From NCBI GenBank assembly GCA_018815925.1, contig JAHIWS010000017.1, positions 15,285 to 79,284 on the forward strand: a stretch of DNA of 64,000 nt, given 5' to 3'. This DNA is from Nanobdellota archaeon (GTDB lineage: Archaea; Nanobdellota; Nanobdellia; Pacearchaeales; GW2011-AR1). Positions 20,807-28,941 of this stretch are shown here, one piece after another. The translations under genes were made by a program, and so were the position numbers. The notes below the pieces were generated by a model, which was not told the origin of the DNA, searched no databases, and worked only from the letters and a program-made list of their open reading frames with translations. Positions within the stretch are counted from its first letter, which is position 1. Each line of letters opens with the position of its first letter.

Positions 20807-21153
20807 TATAAATTTACCCCTATTTTATTTAGGATGAATTGAATTATTCCGTTTTTTCGTTCTCTTGATGAATAATTCATGTTTATTCCACTGTGTTCTG
20901 CAGGTAACATAGAAGGGCTGGGAGATCCTATTTTTTTATCCAATTCATTAAGTTTAGTTTCTAATAATTTAATTTCATATTTTTTATTTTTATTTTCAAT
21001 AATTTTTCTTTCTCCTTTTAGTTCTAATAATAAATTGTGTGCATTATCACTAGCTTGTTTAGCAACCATGTAATTTTCCCTAGATAAACATCTTTTAAAT
21101 AAACGTAAACTAGAATTTATTCTATTAACATATTCCATATAATTTTCACTCAT
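20806..21153 (-). CDS. Hypothetical protein inserted between S17 and L14
   Basis: 115-aa ORF translationally coupled on both sides (1-nt overlap with L14, 2-nt gap to S17); no recognisable family. Confidence 0.4.
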   Translation of the reverse strand: MSENYMEYVNRINSSLRLFKRCLSRENYMVAKQASDNAHNLLLELKGERKIIENKNKKYEIKLLETKLNELDKKIGSPSPSMLPAEHSGINMNYSSRERKNGIIQFILNKIGVNL

Positions 21154-21154
21154 T

Positions 21155-21517
21155 TTATTTTCCCTTTTCCTCCTTATTTTTTATTTTTTCAACAACTACA
21201 AAATGAGTTATTTTACTTAAGGGTCTGCACTCTTGAATTCTAACATAGTCTCCAACATTAATTTTATCTTTCATACAATCTGGAAGTCTGGCATGCATTT
21301 TTGTTTTTGATTTAGAATATCTTTCATATTTTTTTACATAAACCATCCTTTCAAATTCAATAACAATTCTTTTTGGAAATTTTTTAATTATCTTCCCTTT
21401 GAAAAATTTCCCCCTTGTTTTTAAATTTCCATGAATATGACAATCTTTGTTTTTGCATTCAGCCTTAGCTAGTTCTAGCTTTTCTACTCTTCCTTCTGTT
21501 TTTTTTACTATTTTCAT
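21155..21517 (-). CDS. rps17: 30S ribosomal protein S17 (uS17)
   Basis: CHIHGNLKTRGKFFKGKII...VGDYVRIQECRPLSKITHFVVV matches archaeal uS17. Confidence 0.88.
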   Translation of the reverse strand: MKIVKKTEGRVEKLELAKAECKNKDCHIHGNLKTRGKFFKGKIIKKFPKRIVIEFERMVYVKKYERYSKSKTKMHARLPDCMKDKINVGDYVRIQECRPLSKITHFVVVEKIKNKEEKGK

Positions 21518-21535
21518 TTTATTTTTTGTGTATGC

Positions 21536-21835
21536 TTACTCTGAGATGGATTCTTCACTAAATCCGAGTTTGACCATGATTTCTTTTATTTTGTTTCTAT
21601 GGTCTCCTTGAAGTTCTATTATGTTATCTTTGTAAGTCCCACCACAAGCTAGCTCATTTTTCAGAGCTTTTGTGATTTTTTTCACATCGACTTCACTCTC
21701 AAATCCTGTAACAACAGTCACTATTTTCCCGTATCTTTTTTTGTCTGTTGTTATCTTTATCTTTTGTGAACTTTTTACAATCTGTTCACATACACAAGCT
21801 TGCTTAGGCAAGCCACATTTTGGGCATATTTCCAT
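21536..21835 (-). CDS. Translation initiation factor SUI1 (aIF-1)
   Basis: 99 aa with ACGGTYKDNIIELQGDHRNKIKE, the SUI1 hallmark (GG...IQGDHR); canonical position between L29 and S17. Confidence 0.8.
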   Translation of the reverse strand: MEICPKCGLPKQACVCEQIVKSSQKIKITTDKKRYGKIVTVVTGFESEVDVKKITKALKNELACGGTYKDNIIELQGDHRNKIKEIMVKLGFSEESISE

Positions 21836-22029
21836 CAGATTCTTTTCAATACCTTTTTTTGAGGGGCATTGAGTGTGAGTATTCGTGCTATTATCTTTTT
21901 AATTTCTTTGGTTTTTGAGTTTCCACTTTTAGATGCATTTGCCTTTGATTTTAATAATTCTAATTTTAATTCTTTTAGTTTCTGCTTTCTGTTTTCCATA
22001 GTCATTTCTTTTAATTCCTTTGTTTTCAT
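21835..22029 (-). CDS. rpl29: 50S ribosomal protein L29 (uL29)
   Basis: 64-aa helical hairpin KELKEMTMENRKQKLKELKLELLK. Confidence 0.8.
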   Translation of the reverse strand: MKTKELKEMTMENRKQKLKELKLELLKSKANASKSGNSKTKEIKKIIARILTLNAPQKKVLKRI

Positions 22030-22709
22030 TTTTTATTTGCTGTTTTTTTTATTTTTTTTAAAAGGAGTTTTTCAGAATTTTCTTTAATTTTTTCAACCAT
22101 ATTTTCATCAATTTTTATTTTATCTTTTAATATGATGTAAGGTGATAATATGCTTACTTTTATTCCAACAGTCCCTGGTTTTGTTTCTGCTCTTGCTTGG
22201 GCTCTATCAACAACTTTTGCACTATCCCCTGTTTTCTTTAAATATCCTTGAGCAAATCTCCAAGATTTAGCTCTTGCTCCAGGAAGTTTTCCATTTAGTC
22301 TTATTTCAACACCCAAAGCTCCAGCACCCATTATTCTTTGTAGAGATCTATATGCAATGACTTTGAATCTCATAGGACCAAATCTCTCAAGTGATAATGC
22401 AATTTCATCAGCTACTGTTTGTGCATCAAATTGAGGTTCTTTAATTTCATCTATTTCAATATGGGGGTTTTCTAGTTTGAATCCTTTTTTTAACACCCTT
22501 GTTAATTCTGCTATTTTTTCTCCTCCTCTACCAATAATTAAGCCAGGTTTGCTTGTTGATATTATAATTTTTTCACCTACAGGAGTATATTCTATTTTTA
22601 CCCTGCTTGCTTTTCCTTTTCCAAGTGTTTTTTTTATGTACTCTTTAACTGAAAATTCTTCTTTCTTGAATTTAACTGTGTTTTTTTCTTCGATTTTGTT
22701 TTCCTCCAC
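22026..22709 (-). CDS. rps3: 30S ribosomal protein S3 (uS3)
   Basis: KH domain GRGGEKIAELTRVLKK plus uS3 C-terminal domain. Confidence 0.88.
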   Translation of the reverse strand: MEENKIEEKNTVKFKKEEFSVKEYIKKTLGKGKASRVKIEYTPVGEKIIISTSKPGLIIGRGGEKIAELTRVLKKGFKLENPHIEIDEIKEPQFDAQTVADEIALSLERFGPMRFKVIAYRSLQRIMGAGALGVEIRLNGKLPGARAKSWRFAQGYLKKTGDSAKVVDRAQARAETKPGTVGIKVSILSPYIILKDKIKIDENMVEKIKENSEKLLLKKIKKTANKK

Positions 22710-23355
22710 TTTTTTTTAATTCTTTTTTGCTTTTTGCAATTATTTTTATATGTGTTCTTTTTCTTTTTACTCTACCAAATCTTCCAAAAGGCCTTACAGC
22801 AATATTAGAGATAGCTTCTGCAATTATAGGGTCTTCTAATCCATTAGCATGGGAATTTGATAATAAACTTTTTAGTAATTTTATAAAATTTTTTACAGCT
22901 TTTTGAGGATATCGTCCAGATCCAATTCTTCCTTTTCTATGAGGGATTTCTCCTTTCATAGGTATAGCTTTTTTAAATATTAAAACCTGCTCTAGATCTG
23001 AGATAGCTTTTTCTATTTTTTTTCTTTTAATAAATTTGCTTATTGCTACAGATTCTTTTGTAGAGATAGGAACTCCAACTCCCCTTACAATTGCTTGATT
23101 TTTTTTGATAATTGGTTTTTTTTCAGCTACTTGTTTTTTAGTTTCTTTTTTGTCAAGTGCTTCTTCTGCCTTTGTAATTTTTTCAGGAACTCCACTTTTT
23201 TCTATATCTTTTATTATTTCTTTTTTAGTTTGAACTTGAGATGATTTTGGTATATTAATTATTTTTGCAGTTTCCGTTTTATTTGCTTTAGGAGTTTGAA
23301 ACACTCCTTGTTTTTTTTGCTCAGCTTTTGTTGCGGGTTTCTCTGTTTGTGTCAT
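22672..23355 (-). CDS. rpl22: 50S ribosomal protein L22 (uL22) with about 80-aa N-terminal extension
   Basis: AISKFIKRKKIEKAISDLEQV...RKGRIGSGRYPQKAVKNF uL22 core; N-terminal T/K/E-rich extension; 38-nt overlap with S3. Confidence 0.85.
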   Translation of the reverse strand: MTQTEKPATKAEQKKQGVFQTPKANKTETAKIINIPKSSQVQTKKEIIKDIEKSGVPEKITKAEEALDKKETKKQVAEKKPIIKKNQAIVRGVGVPISTKESVAISKFIKRKKIEKAISDLEQVLIFKKAIPMKGEIPHRKGRIGSGRYPQKAVKNFIKLLKSLLSNSHANGLEDPIIAEAISNIAVRPFGRFGRVKRKRTHIKIIAKSKKELKKSGGKQNRRKKHS

Positions 23356-23356
23356 T

Positions 23357-23752
23357 TTATTTTTTTGATTTATGTTTAGTTCCTTTTGTTGCTCCTACTC
23401 CAGCTTTACTATGTTTTACTTTTGGTCTTGTTGGTGCAAATTCACCAAATTTATGACCTAACATTTCTCCTATTACCTCAACAGAAACAAAAGTATTTCC
23501 GTTGTAAATTTGTATATTCATACCAACCATTTCTGGAACAACAATTAAATCTCTTTGATGGGTTTTTATTTTCTTATTTCTTTTTTGTTTTTCTTTAGAT
23601 TTTTTAATAAATTTTTCAATCTCTTGGAAATTTCTAAGAACATTTCTTCTTTCTCTTGACCTTAAATATTTTGCAAATTCTCTTACATCTAGGGTTTTAA
23701 GTTCTTCTAATGTTTTTCCTCGGTATGTGAATGTTTTCTTTTTTAGTATCAT
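23357..23752 (-). CDS. rps19: 30S ribosomal protein S19 (uS19)
   Basis: HQRDLIVVPEMVGMNIQIYNG...GHKFGEFAPTR matches uS19. Confidence 0.9.
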   Translation of the reverse strand: MILKKKTFTYRGKTLEELKTLDVREFAKYLRSRERRNVLRNFQEIEKFIKKSKEKQKRNKKIKTHQRDLIVVPEMVGMNIQIYNGNTFVSVEVIGEMLGHKFGEFAPTRPKVKHSKAGVGATKGTKHKSKK

Positions 23753-24447
23753 TTTCTTTTTCCTGTCCTTCTTGGTCTTAATAGTCCTACTTTTGCTCCA
23801 GGAGGGGCATTTCTTTTAGCTATTTTGGATTTTGGATTTTTTCCCCTTCCAGAACCAAAAGGGTGGTCTATTGCATTCATTTTTATAGCAGATGTTCTAG
23901 GCCAAAGTTTTCCTTTTGATTTTTTAATATAATAGTTTTTCCCAGCTTTAACAAGAGGTTTATCAACTCTCCCTGTTCCTGCGATAATACCTATGATTGC
24001 TCTACAATTTTGATTAAGTTTTTTTTCTTTTTTTGATGGCATTAAAACAAAAACATTTTTTCCTATAATTTTACTTACTATTGCAGAATTTCCAGCAGTT
24101 TTAATAAATATTCCCCCATCTCCTGGTTTTCCTTCAACATCATAAATGGGTGTTTTTAAAGGAATATCTTTTATGCTTAAAATATTTCCCGACTGAACTT
24201 CTTTTCCATTAAATTTTATTTTTTGACCCTCTACCATTTTTTTAAATGCAGGAATGTAAAAAAATCCATTTTTCCAAGAAATTTTTGCTAAGGGGGCACT
24301 ATGTGCTGTTGAATTAAAAAGTTTAATTACAGTTCCCTCTCCATCAAGAATTTTTGGATATTTTAATTTATATCTAAATGCTTTTTTATTCACTTTGTAA
24401 GTATTACTTCCTCTTCCACGCCTTTGTTGAATTATTCTTTTAGCCAT
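23749..24447 (-). CDS. rpl2: 50S ribosomal protein L2 (uL2)
   Basis: MAKRIIQQRRGRGSNTYKV and C-terminal GRGKNPKSK...GLLRPRRTGKRK uL2 signatures. Confidence 0.9.
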   Translation of the reverse strand: MAKRIIQQRRGRGSNTYKVNKKAFRYKLKYPKILDGEGTVIKLFNSTAHSAPLAKISWKNGFFYIPAFKKMVEGQKIKFNGKEVQSGNILSIKDIPLKTPIYDVEGKPGDGGIFIKTAGNSAIVSKIIGKNVFVLMPSKKEKKLNQNCRAIIGIIAGTGRVDKPLVKAGKNYYIKKSKGKLWPRTSAIKMNAIDHPFGSGRGKNPKSKIAKRNAPPGAKVGLLRPRRTGKRK

Positions 24448-24449
24448 TT

Positions 24450-24692
24450 TTACATCAATCCCATCTTAGTAGCTATATCAATAGCAGGAAATTTCTTATT
24501 TAATTTAATATAAACATTTTTTTTATTATCTTGTATTAAAGTTCTAATTTTATTGATTTTTATATCAAACATCTCTTCAATTTCTTTTTTTATCTGTTCT
24601 TTTGTTTTCCTTTTATCTGTTTGAAATGTTAAAATATTCTGCGATTCAATCATCATTATTGCTTTTTCAGTTGTTATTGGTTTAAGATTCAT
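24450..24692 (-). CDS. rpl23: 50S ribosomal protein L23 (uL23)
   Basis: 80-aa; MNLKPITTEKAIMMIESQNILTFQ uL23 pattern. Confidence 0.85.
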   Translation of the reverse strand: MNLKPITTEKAIMMIESQNILTFQTDKRKTKEQIKKEIEEMFDIKINKIRTLIQDNKKNVYIKLNKKFPAIDIATKMGLM

Positions 24693-25318
24693 TTTTTAAG
24701 ATTCTCCGGAATTTTAAATTCATCATATTCTGGAAAAAGATTTTTTCCATAAATTAATCTTGAGAAACACTCAGCTGTTAATTTAGCATCTTCTAGAGCA
24801 TTGTGAGGTTTACCTTCTTTAGTTAATTTTCCTTCTGTAAACTCAACTCTTTCTGGATTTAACCCACAAAAACCTATCACTTCATTTAAATTGAAATTAC
24901 TTTTATTATCTTTAATTGATAAACTATTATTTATTTCAGAAAATTTTGTTTGAACTATAGAATGTGTATCAAAAGCTCTATGGTGGAAAGTTTCTTTTAT
25001 TCCATATTTACTACACTTTACTCTAATAAAGGATACATCAAATTGAGGACATTGACAGATAAAATTTTTTATTTTTCTTTTTTCAACCCATTCCATAAAT
25101 TTTTCTAACATTTCTTTTTGTGTTTTTTTATTTGAATCTCTTAGTTCTTCTTCTGTTTTTCCAGTTACTTTTAATGATTCTTCTGAAACAATTTCTTCAT
25201 CATCTATTTTGCATTCATCAAGATATTCTTCTAAAGTGTCTAGATCTATTGTTCCTATTTGCCAAATTCCATTCTTAATAAAATCTACTCCACTTGTTTC
25301 TATATCTACTACTATCAT
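24689..25318 (-). CDS. DEDDh-family 3'-5' exonuclease (DnaQ/RNase T-like) embedded in the ribosomal protein operon
   Basis: Exo I VVDIETSG, Exo II QFDVSFIRV, Exo III HNALEDAKLTAECF; 209 aa; 4-nt overlaps with both L4 (upstream) and L23 (downstream). Confidence 0.75.
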   Translation of the reverse strand: MIVVDIETSGVDFIKNGIWQIGTIDLDTLEEYLDECKIDDEEIVSEESLKVTGKTEEELRDSNKKTQKEMLEKFMEWVEKRKIKNFICQCPQFDVSFIRVKCSKYGIKETFHHRAFDTHSIVQTKFSEINNSLSIKDNKSNFNLNEVIGFCGLNPERVEFTEGKLTKEGKPHNALEDAKLTAECFSRLIYGKNLFPEYDEFKIPENLKK

Positions 25319-26106
25319 TTGAATTCCTCCAGATCGTTAATTGCTTCTTCAGTATAAATAACAATTCTTCCAAGCCCACCTTTAGCAAGATCATTTATAC
25401 CCATTTTTTTAGCATAAACAATATCAAAAATTTTTGTTTTTAATTTTTCTTTTTTTCCAACCACAATTAGTAAACCCAAATTTTTTTTATATTTTCTTCC
25501 TCTTAATTTTCCTTTTCCTGCCCTAATCTTTTTTTTCTGCAATATAACCTTAAACATTTTTTCTCCTAAAATTTCTTTTAAGGATTTAACTAATTCTTTT
25601 GTTTTTAATGAAATTATTTTAGAATCAACTACAAATGGAACTTCCTTAATATCCTTTTGATCTAGAGTTTTATATTTCTCAACAATAAATTTTTTAGAAG
25701 CTGTTGCACTTAAGGCAGATGCAAAAGCTATTTTTAATTCTTTTTTATTTATTTTTTTTATATAAAAGGAAATTATTTTTGGGGGATGGGTTCTCATACC
25801 TCCTCTTGCCTGTGGAACTTCTGCAGCTTCCCAATTAAATTGAGATCCTTTTCGAGAAAATATTTTTCTTGGGACTCTGGATGCACCTCTTCCATAACCA
25901 CTTCTCCAAACATGCCTCCTATGTACTACTTTTCCTTTTGCAGCATGTTGTTTTCCAGCTACAGGTGAAGGAGAATATGGTTGTTTGTTTTTCTTTATTT
26001 CTAAAATTTTTTGAACAACATCTTTTCTTATTTTAGAAGAAAATATTTTAGGTAAATTTATTTCTTTTATTTTTTTTCCGTTTATGTTTAAAATATTTGA
26101 TTTCAT
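25315..26106 (-). CDS. rpl4: 50S ribosomal protein L4 (uL4)
   Basis: AGKQHAAKGKVVHRRHVWRSGYGRGASRVPRK uL4 core. Confidence 0.88.
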   Translation of the reverse strand: MKSNILNINGKKIKEINLPKIFSSKIRKDVVQKILEIKKNKQPYSPSPVAGKQHAAKGKVVHRRHVWRSGYGRGASRVPRKIFSRKGSQFNWEAAEVPQARGGMRTHPPKIISFYIKKINKKELKIAFASALSATASKKFIVEKYKTLDQKDIKEVPFVVDSKIISLKTKELVKSLKEILGEKMFKVILQKKKIRAGKGKLRGRKYKKNLGLLIVVGKKEKLKTKIFDIVYAKKMGINDLAKGGLGRIVIYTEEAINDLEEFK

Positions 26107-26366
26107 AATCTTACCTCTTCTAGTAATTTATTTCTTTTATTATACTCTTCTCCATCTATAGGGTAAAAATCATATCCTATAAGTGGTTTTAATATAATTC
26201 CTTTTTGTAACCAACCTGTTTTTTCTTTCATATAAGACCATTCTGTTATTTTTCTTGAATCTGTTCTTTTTAAACTTACTAAGGAATTATTATCTTCATA
26301 GATAATTCTTTCCCCTTCCACTACTCTTTTATGTTCAAGTGAATTTGGTATAGTTATATTTATCAT
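26103..26366 (-). CDS. Hypothetical small protein inserted between L3 and L4
   Basis: 87-aa ORF with 4-nt overlaps on both sides (translational coupling); no recognisable family. Confidence 0.4.
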   Translation of the reverse strand: MINITIPNSLEHKRVVEGERIIYEDNNSLVSLKRTDSRKITEWSYMKEKTGWLQKGIILKPLIGYDFYPIDGEEYNKRNKLLEEVRL

Positions 26367-27301
26367 CTTAATTCCACCAACTCGTAGTTCTTTTTTGATT
26401 GTTTTTTTGATTCTCTTAAGGGTGAAGTTGCAATCAGGGCTCTTTTTGCTGGGCCTTGAATTGAACCATTAACAATAAGATAATCTGTTTTTAAATCTCC
26501 AAAGTTTTTTAGATTTTTAATAGGTTTATTACTAGATTCTCCAATATCAATTATCTTATTATTATAAATAATTCTGGTGAACATTCCTAATTGACCAGCC
26601 ATTGGAACTCTAAATGTAACTCTTGCTGGATGCCAAGGACCAATACTTCCTGGGCCTCGCCTCCCTTTTTCTGATTTATGGTTTCTCAGTGTAACTCCAA
26701 ATCTTTTTACAGGGCCTTGAAAACCTTTTCCTTTTGTTAAACCTCTAAAATCAACTAATTGCCCCTTTTCAAAAACTTGGTTAATAGAAATTTCCTTATT
26801 AAAATTTTCCTTAATAAAATTTAATTTTTCATCTAAATTTCCAACCAAACCAATTTCCAATAAATTTGGTTTCTTTTTTAAACCAGTTTTTTTAATAACA
26901 GAATAAAAAATAAGATGGATATCATCATAATCTTTTATATCCTCAATTTTTTTCCTACTCTTTTTGGGCAATTTAACCTTCTTTTTTAATTCTTTATCAA
27001 GATTTTCAGCTAAAATATCTTGAGTCACCTTTCCATTTTTATAAAATCTAACAGAGAAGATCTTCATAGGAGGACATTCAAAAATAGTACAGGGGATAGC
27101 AATTTTTTTATCTTTTGTCATAGAATTAGGTGTATTGTTTTTTACAATAGCAGACCTCATTCCTGCTTTATAACAAATAAATCCTTTAAGTGATTTTTTC
27201 CCAGGAATAGAATTCCAGTTTACTCTAGGTAAAACTCTTGATGCCCTTTTTCTGGGCCAAAATTGCAAACTTCCTTTTCTTGGTGATTTTCTTGTAGGCA
27301 T
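26363..27301 (-). CDS. rpl3: 50S ribosomal protein L3 (uL3)
   Basis: MPTRKSPRKGSLQFWPRKRASR...FICYKAGM uL3 pattern; first gene of the cluster. Confidence 0.9.
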   Translation of the reverse strand: MPTRKSPRKGSLQFWPRKRASRVLPRVNWNSIPGKKSLKGFICYKAGMRSAIVKNNTPNSMTKDKKIAIPCTIFECPPMKIFSVRFYKNGKVTQDILAENLDKELKKKVKLPKKSRKKIEDIKDYDDIHLIFYSVIKKTGLKKKPNLLEIGLVGNLDEKLNFIKENFNKEISINQVFEKGQLVDFRGLTKGKGFQGPVKRFGVTLRNHKSEKGRRGPGSIGPWHPARVTFRVPMAGQLGMFTRIIYNNKIIDIGESSNKPIKNLKNFGDLKTDYLIVNGSIQGPAKRALIATSPLRESKKQSKKNYELVELR

Positions 27302-27476
27302 TTCTTATAGCGGAGATTACCATTTTATTTATTACCCTGGATAAATTAGAGAGAAAAAATGCCTATTTAAACCTTATGGAGAAGGTTTTACCTGTGCAAT
27401 CCATAGACATATGTCACCTAGGAGCACAAGAAAGTTTTACCACAATATTTATAAACTAATTTTTCTTTGATTTGTT

Positions 27477-27653
27477 ATGCAAACAATAACAAAAGGTGAT
27501 ACAGATGGAGGAAATTATCTAGGTGGCGGATCTGATGGATTACACTTAGGTGGCGGAGATGAAGGTTTACATCTAGGTGGAGGATCTGGCGGACATCACT
27601 TATATGGTGGCGGAGATTCAAATTTCAATGCTGGTAGTGGTGATGGTCCTTAA
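27477..27653 (+). CDS. Small Gly/His-rich repeat peptide (58 aa) encoded by GC-rich tandem repeats
   Basis: ATG...TAA open frame of 59 codons: MQTITKGDTDGGNYLGGGSDGLHLGGGDEGLHLGGGSGGHHLYGGGDSNFNAGSGDGP. About 30-nt tandem repeats (TAGGTGGCGGA...) in an otherwise AT-rich intergenic region; below the ORF-track size cutoff. Confidence 0.35.
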   Translation: MQTITKGDTDGGNYLGGGSDGLHLGGGDEGLHLGGGSGGHHLYGGGDSNFNAGSGDGP

Positions 27654-27717
27654 TTTTACTTCTTTTTAATTTTTTTCACAACAAAGTTTTTAAACCCTGA
27701 TAGATGAAAATCTATTT

Positions 27718-28149
27718 ATGGGAAATAAATCTTTAGATAAAAATTATATTTTAAAGTTAAAGGATCTTTCTGGAGAAAGTGCTAAAATAGCTAGTAATAT
27801 GTATTGCTATGGAAAAAAAGAATATATCACCTCTCAATATATTTCAAAAATATGGAGAGAAGAACTAAAATTAGAAAAACTTCAAGGAGGAAATAGGTCT
27901 TTAACAACTAAACAAGTTTCTGGATTATATAATTTTTGTAAAGGGGACTTTAAATTAATGTTAAAAATTTCAGGAACAGAAAAATCAAGGTTAATTAAAG
28001 CATGCTTAAATAATAATTTAAAACCAAATAATATGCCCATACTTAAATCTAGAAAAAAGAATAACAATAGCAAAGTTGGAAAAATTTATAAAACTAATCC
28101 TTATGGGAGAAAAATTACAGGAAGAAAAGTTTTTGGAGATGACTATTAA
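27718..28149 (+). CDS. Hypothetical protein
   Basis: 143-aa ORF, K/N-rich, no recognisable family. Confidence 0.4.
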   Translation: MGNKSLDKNYILKLKDLSGESAKIASNMYCYGKKEYITSQYISKIWREELKLEKLQGGNRSLTTKQVSGLYNFCKGDFKLMLKISGTEKSRLIKACLNNNLKPNNMPILKSRKKNNNSKVGKIYKTNPYGRKITGRKVFGDDY

Positions 28150-28151
28150 AC

Positions 28152-28850
28152 TCAAGCTTCAAATTCAATTTCCTTAGAAGTCTCTTTATTATCAATCATA
28201 ATTTTTCTTATTATTTTTCCTTTTCTTTTAGCTAATTCTCTGATTTTAGAATAATCTTTTTCACCTTCTGGTATAATTAATTTTTCAACAATTACACTAT
28301 GTTTTATATTGACTTTTTTAGTTTCTGGAATATCCCAAAAAAGATATTGTTTTATTTTTGAATAATATTTTTCATCTGCTTCTAATTGACAAAATTTGTC
28401 ATCTATTTTATCTTCACTCTTACCAGGTTTTGGAAGTTTTTTCTTAATTTTTAATTTAAATCCTTCTCCTTCAATATTTAATAATGTAGCATAAGAGGCT
28501 TTTTCTAATTCTATTAATTGTTCTGGTGTTAATTCTTGATCAGAAATATTATTTTGATAATATAATCCTCCTTTTTTTGTTTCAGAGTTTCCTTTTATAT
28601 TTTTTTCAGATAAAATCTTTGCTATGTTTTCTTTACTTAAAACTATTCCAGAAACTTTGCAGTTTCCAAATTCTGAACATAATAATACCAAGTCATTAAC
28701 AAATTCAAAACTTGTTTTAAGTTTAATTTTTTTTGTTTTCCATAAGGTTAAAAGAAACCTCCCGCCATATTCTCCCTTGCCAAATCTAATAAATTGTTTA
28801 TGAACAGGTTCATCAATTTGCTTCTCAACAATCTTTTTTATAAAATTCAT
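28152..28850 (-). CDS. Hypothetical protein
   Basis: 232-aa ORF, no recognisable family. Confidence 0.4.
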   Translation of the reverse strand: MNFIKKIVEKQIDEPVHKQFIRFGKGEYGGRFLLTLWKTKKIKLKTSFEFVNDLVLLCSEFGNCKVSGIVLSKENIAKILSEKNIKGNSETKKGGLYYQNNISDQELTPEQLIELEKASYATLLNIEGEGFKLKIKKKLPKPGKSEDKIDDKFCQLEADEKYYSKIKQYLFWDIPETKKVNIKHSVIVEKLIIPEGEKDYSKIRELAKRKGKIIRKIMIDNKETSKEIEFEA

Positions 28851-28941
28851 ATTAACTATTTGTTATTTTTACTTATAAACATTTTCCTTCTACAAAGGTT
28901 TATAAATTTCAGCGCCTTTTAACCAGTGTTTAAGAATAAAA

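Noticed and set aside
20806-21153. Possibility that the 115-aa S17/L14 insert is RNase P subunit Rpp29
   Set aside because: Position is one gene off the canonical Rpp29 slot, and no Sm-like barrel motifs are visible by eye. Left as hypothetical pending profile search.
11099-23598. Many 60-140-aa ORFs on the opposite strand of the ribosomal-protein genes (e.g. 15816..16085, 16573..16995, 17004..17192, 18200..18436, 18935..19234, 19858..20097, 21869..22087, 22477..22719, 23386..23598)
   Set aside because: They lie fully antisense within well-supported r-protein genes. They translate to low-complexity F/L/S-rich strings, the mirror image of K/E-rich codons, so they are typical AT-rich antisense artefacts.
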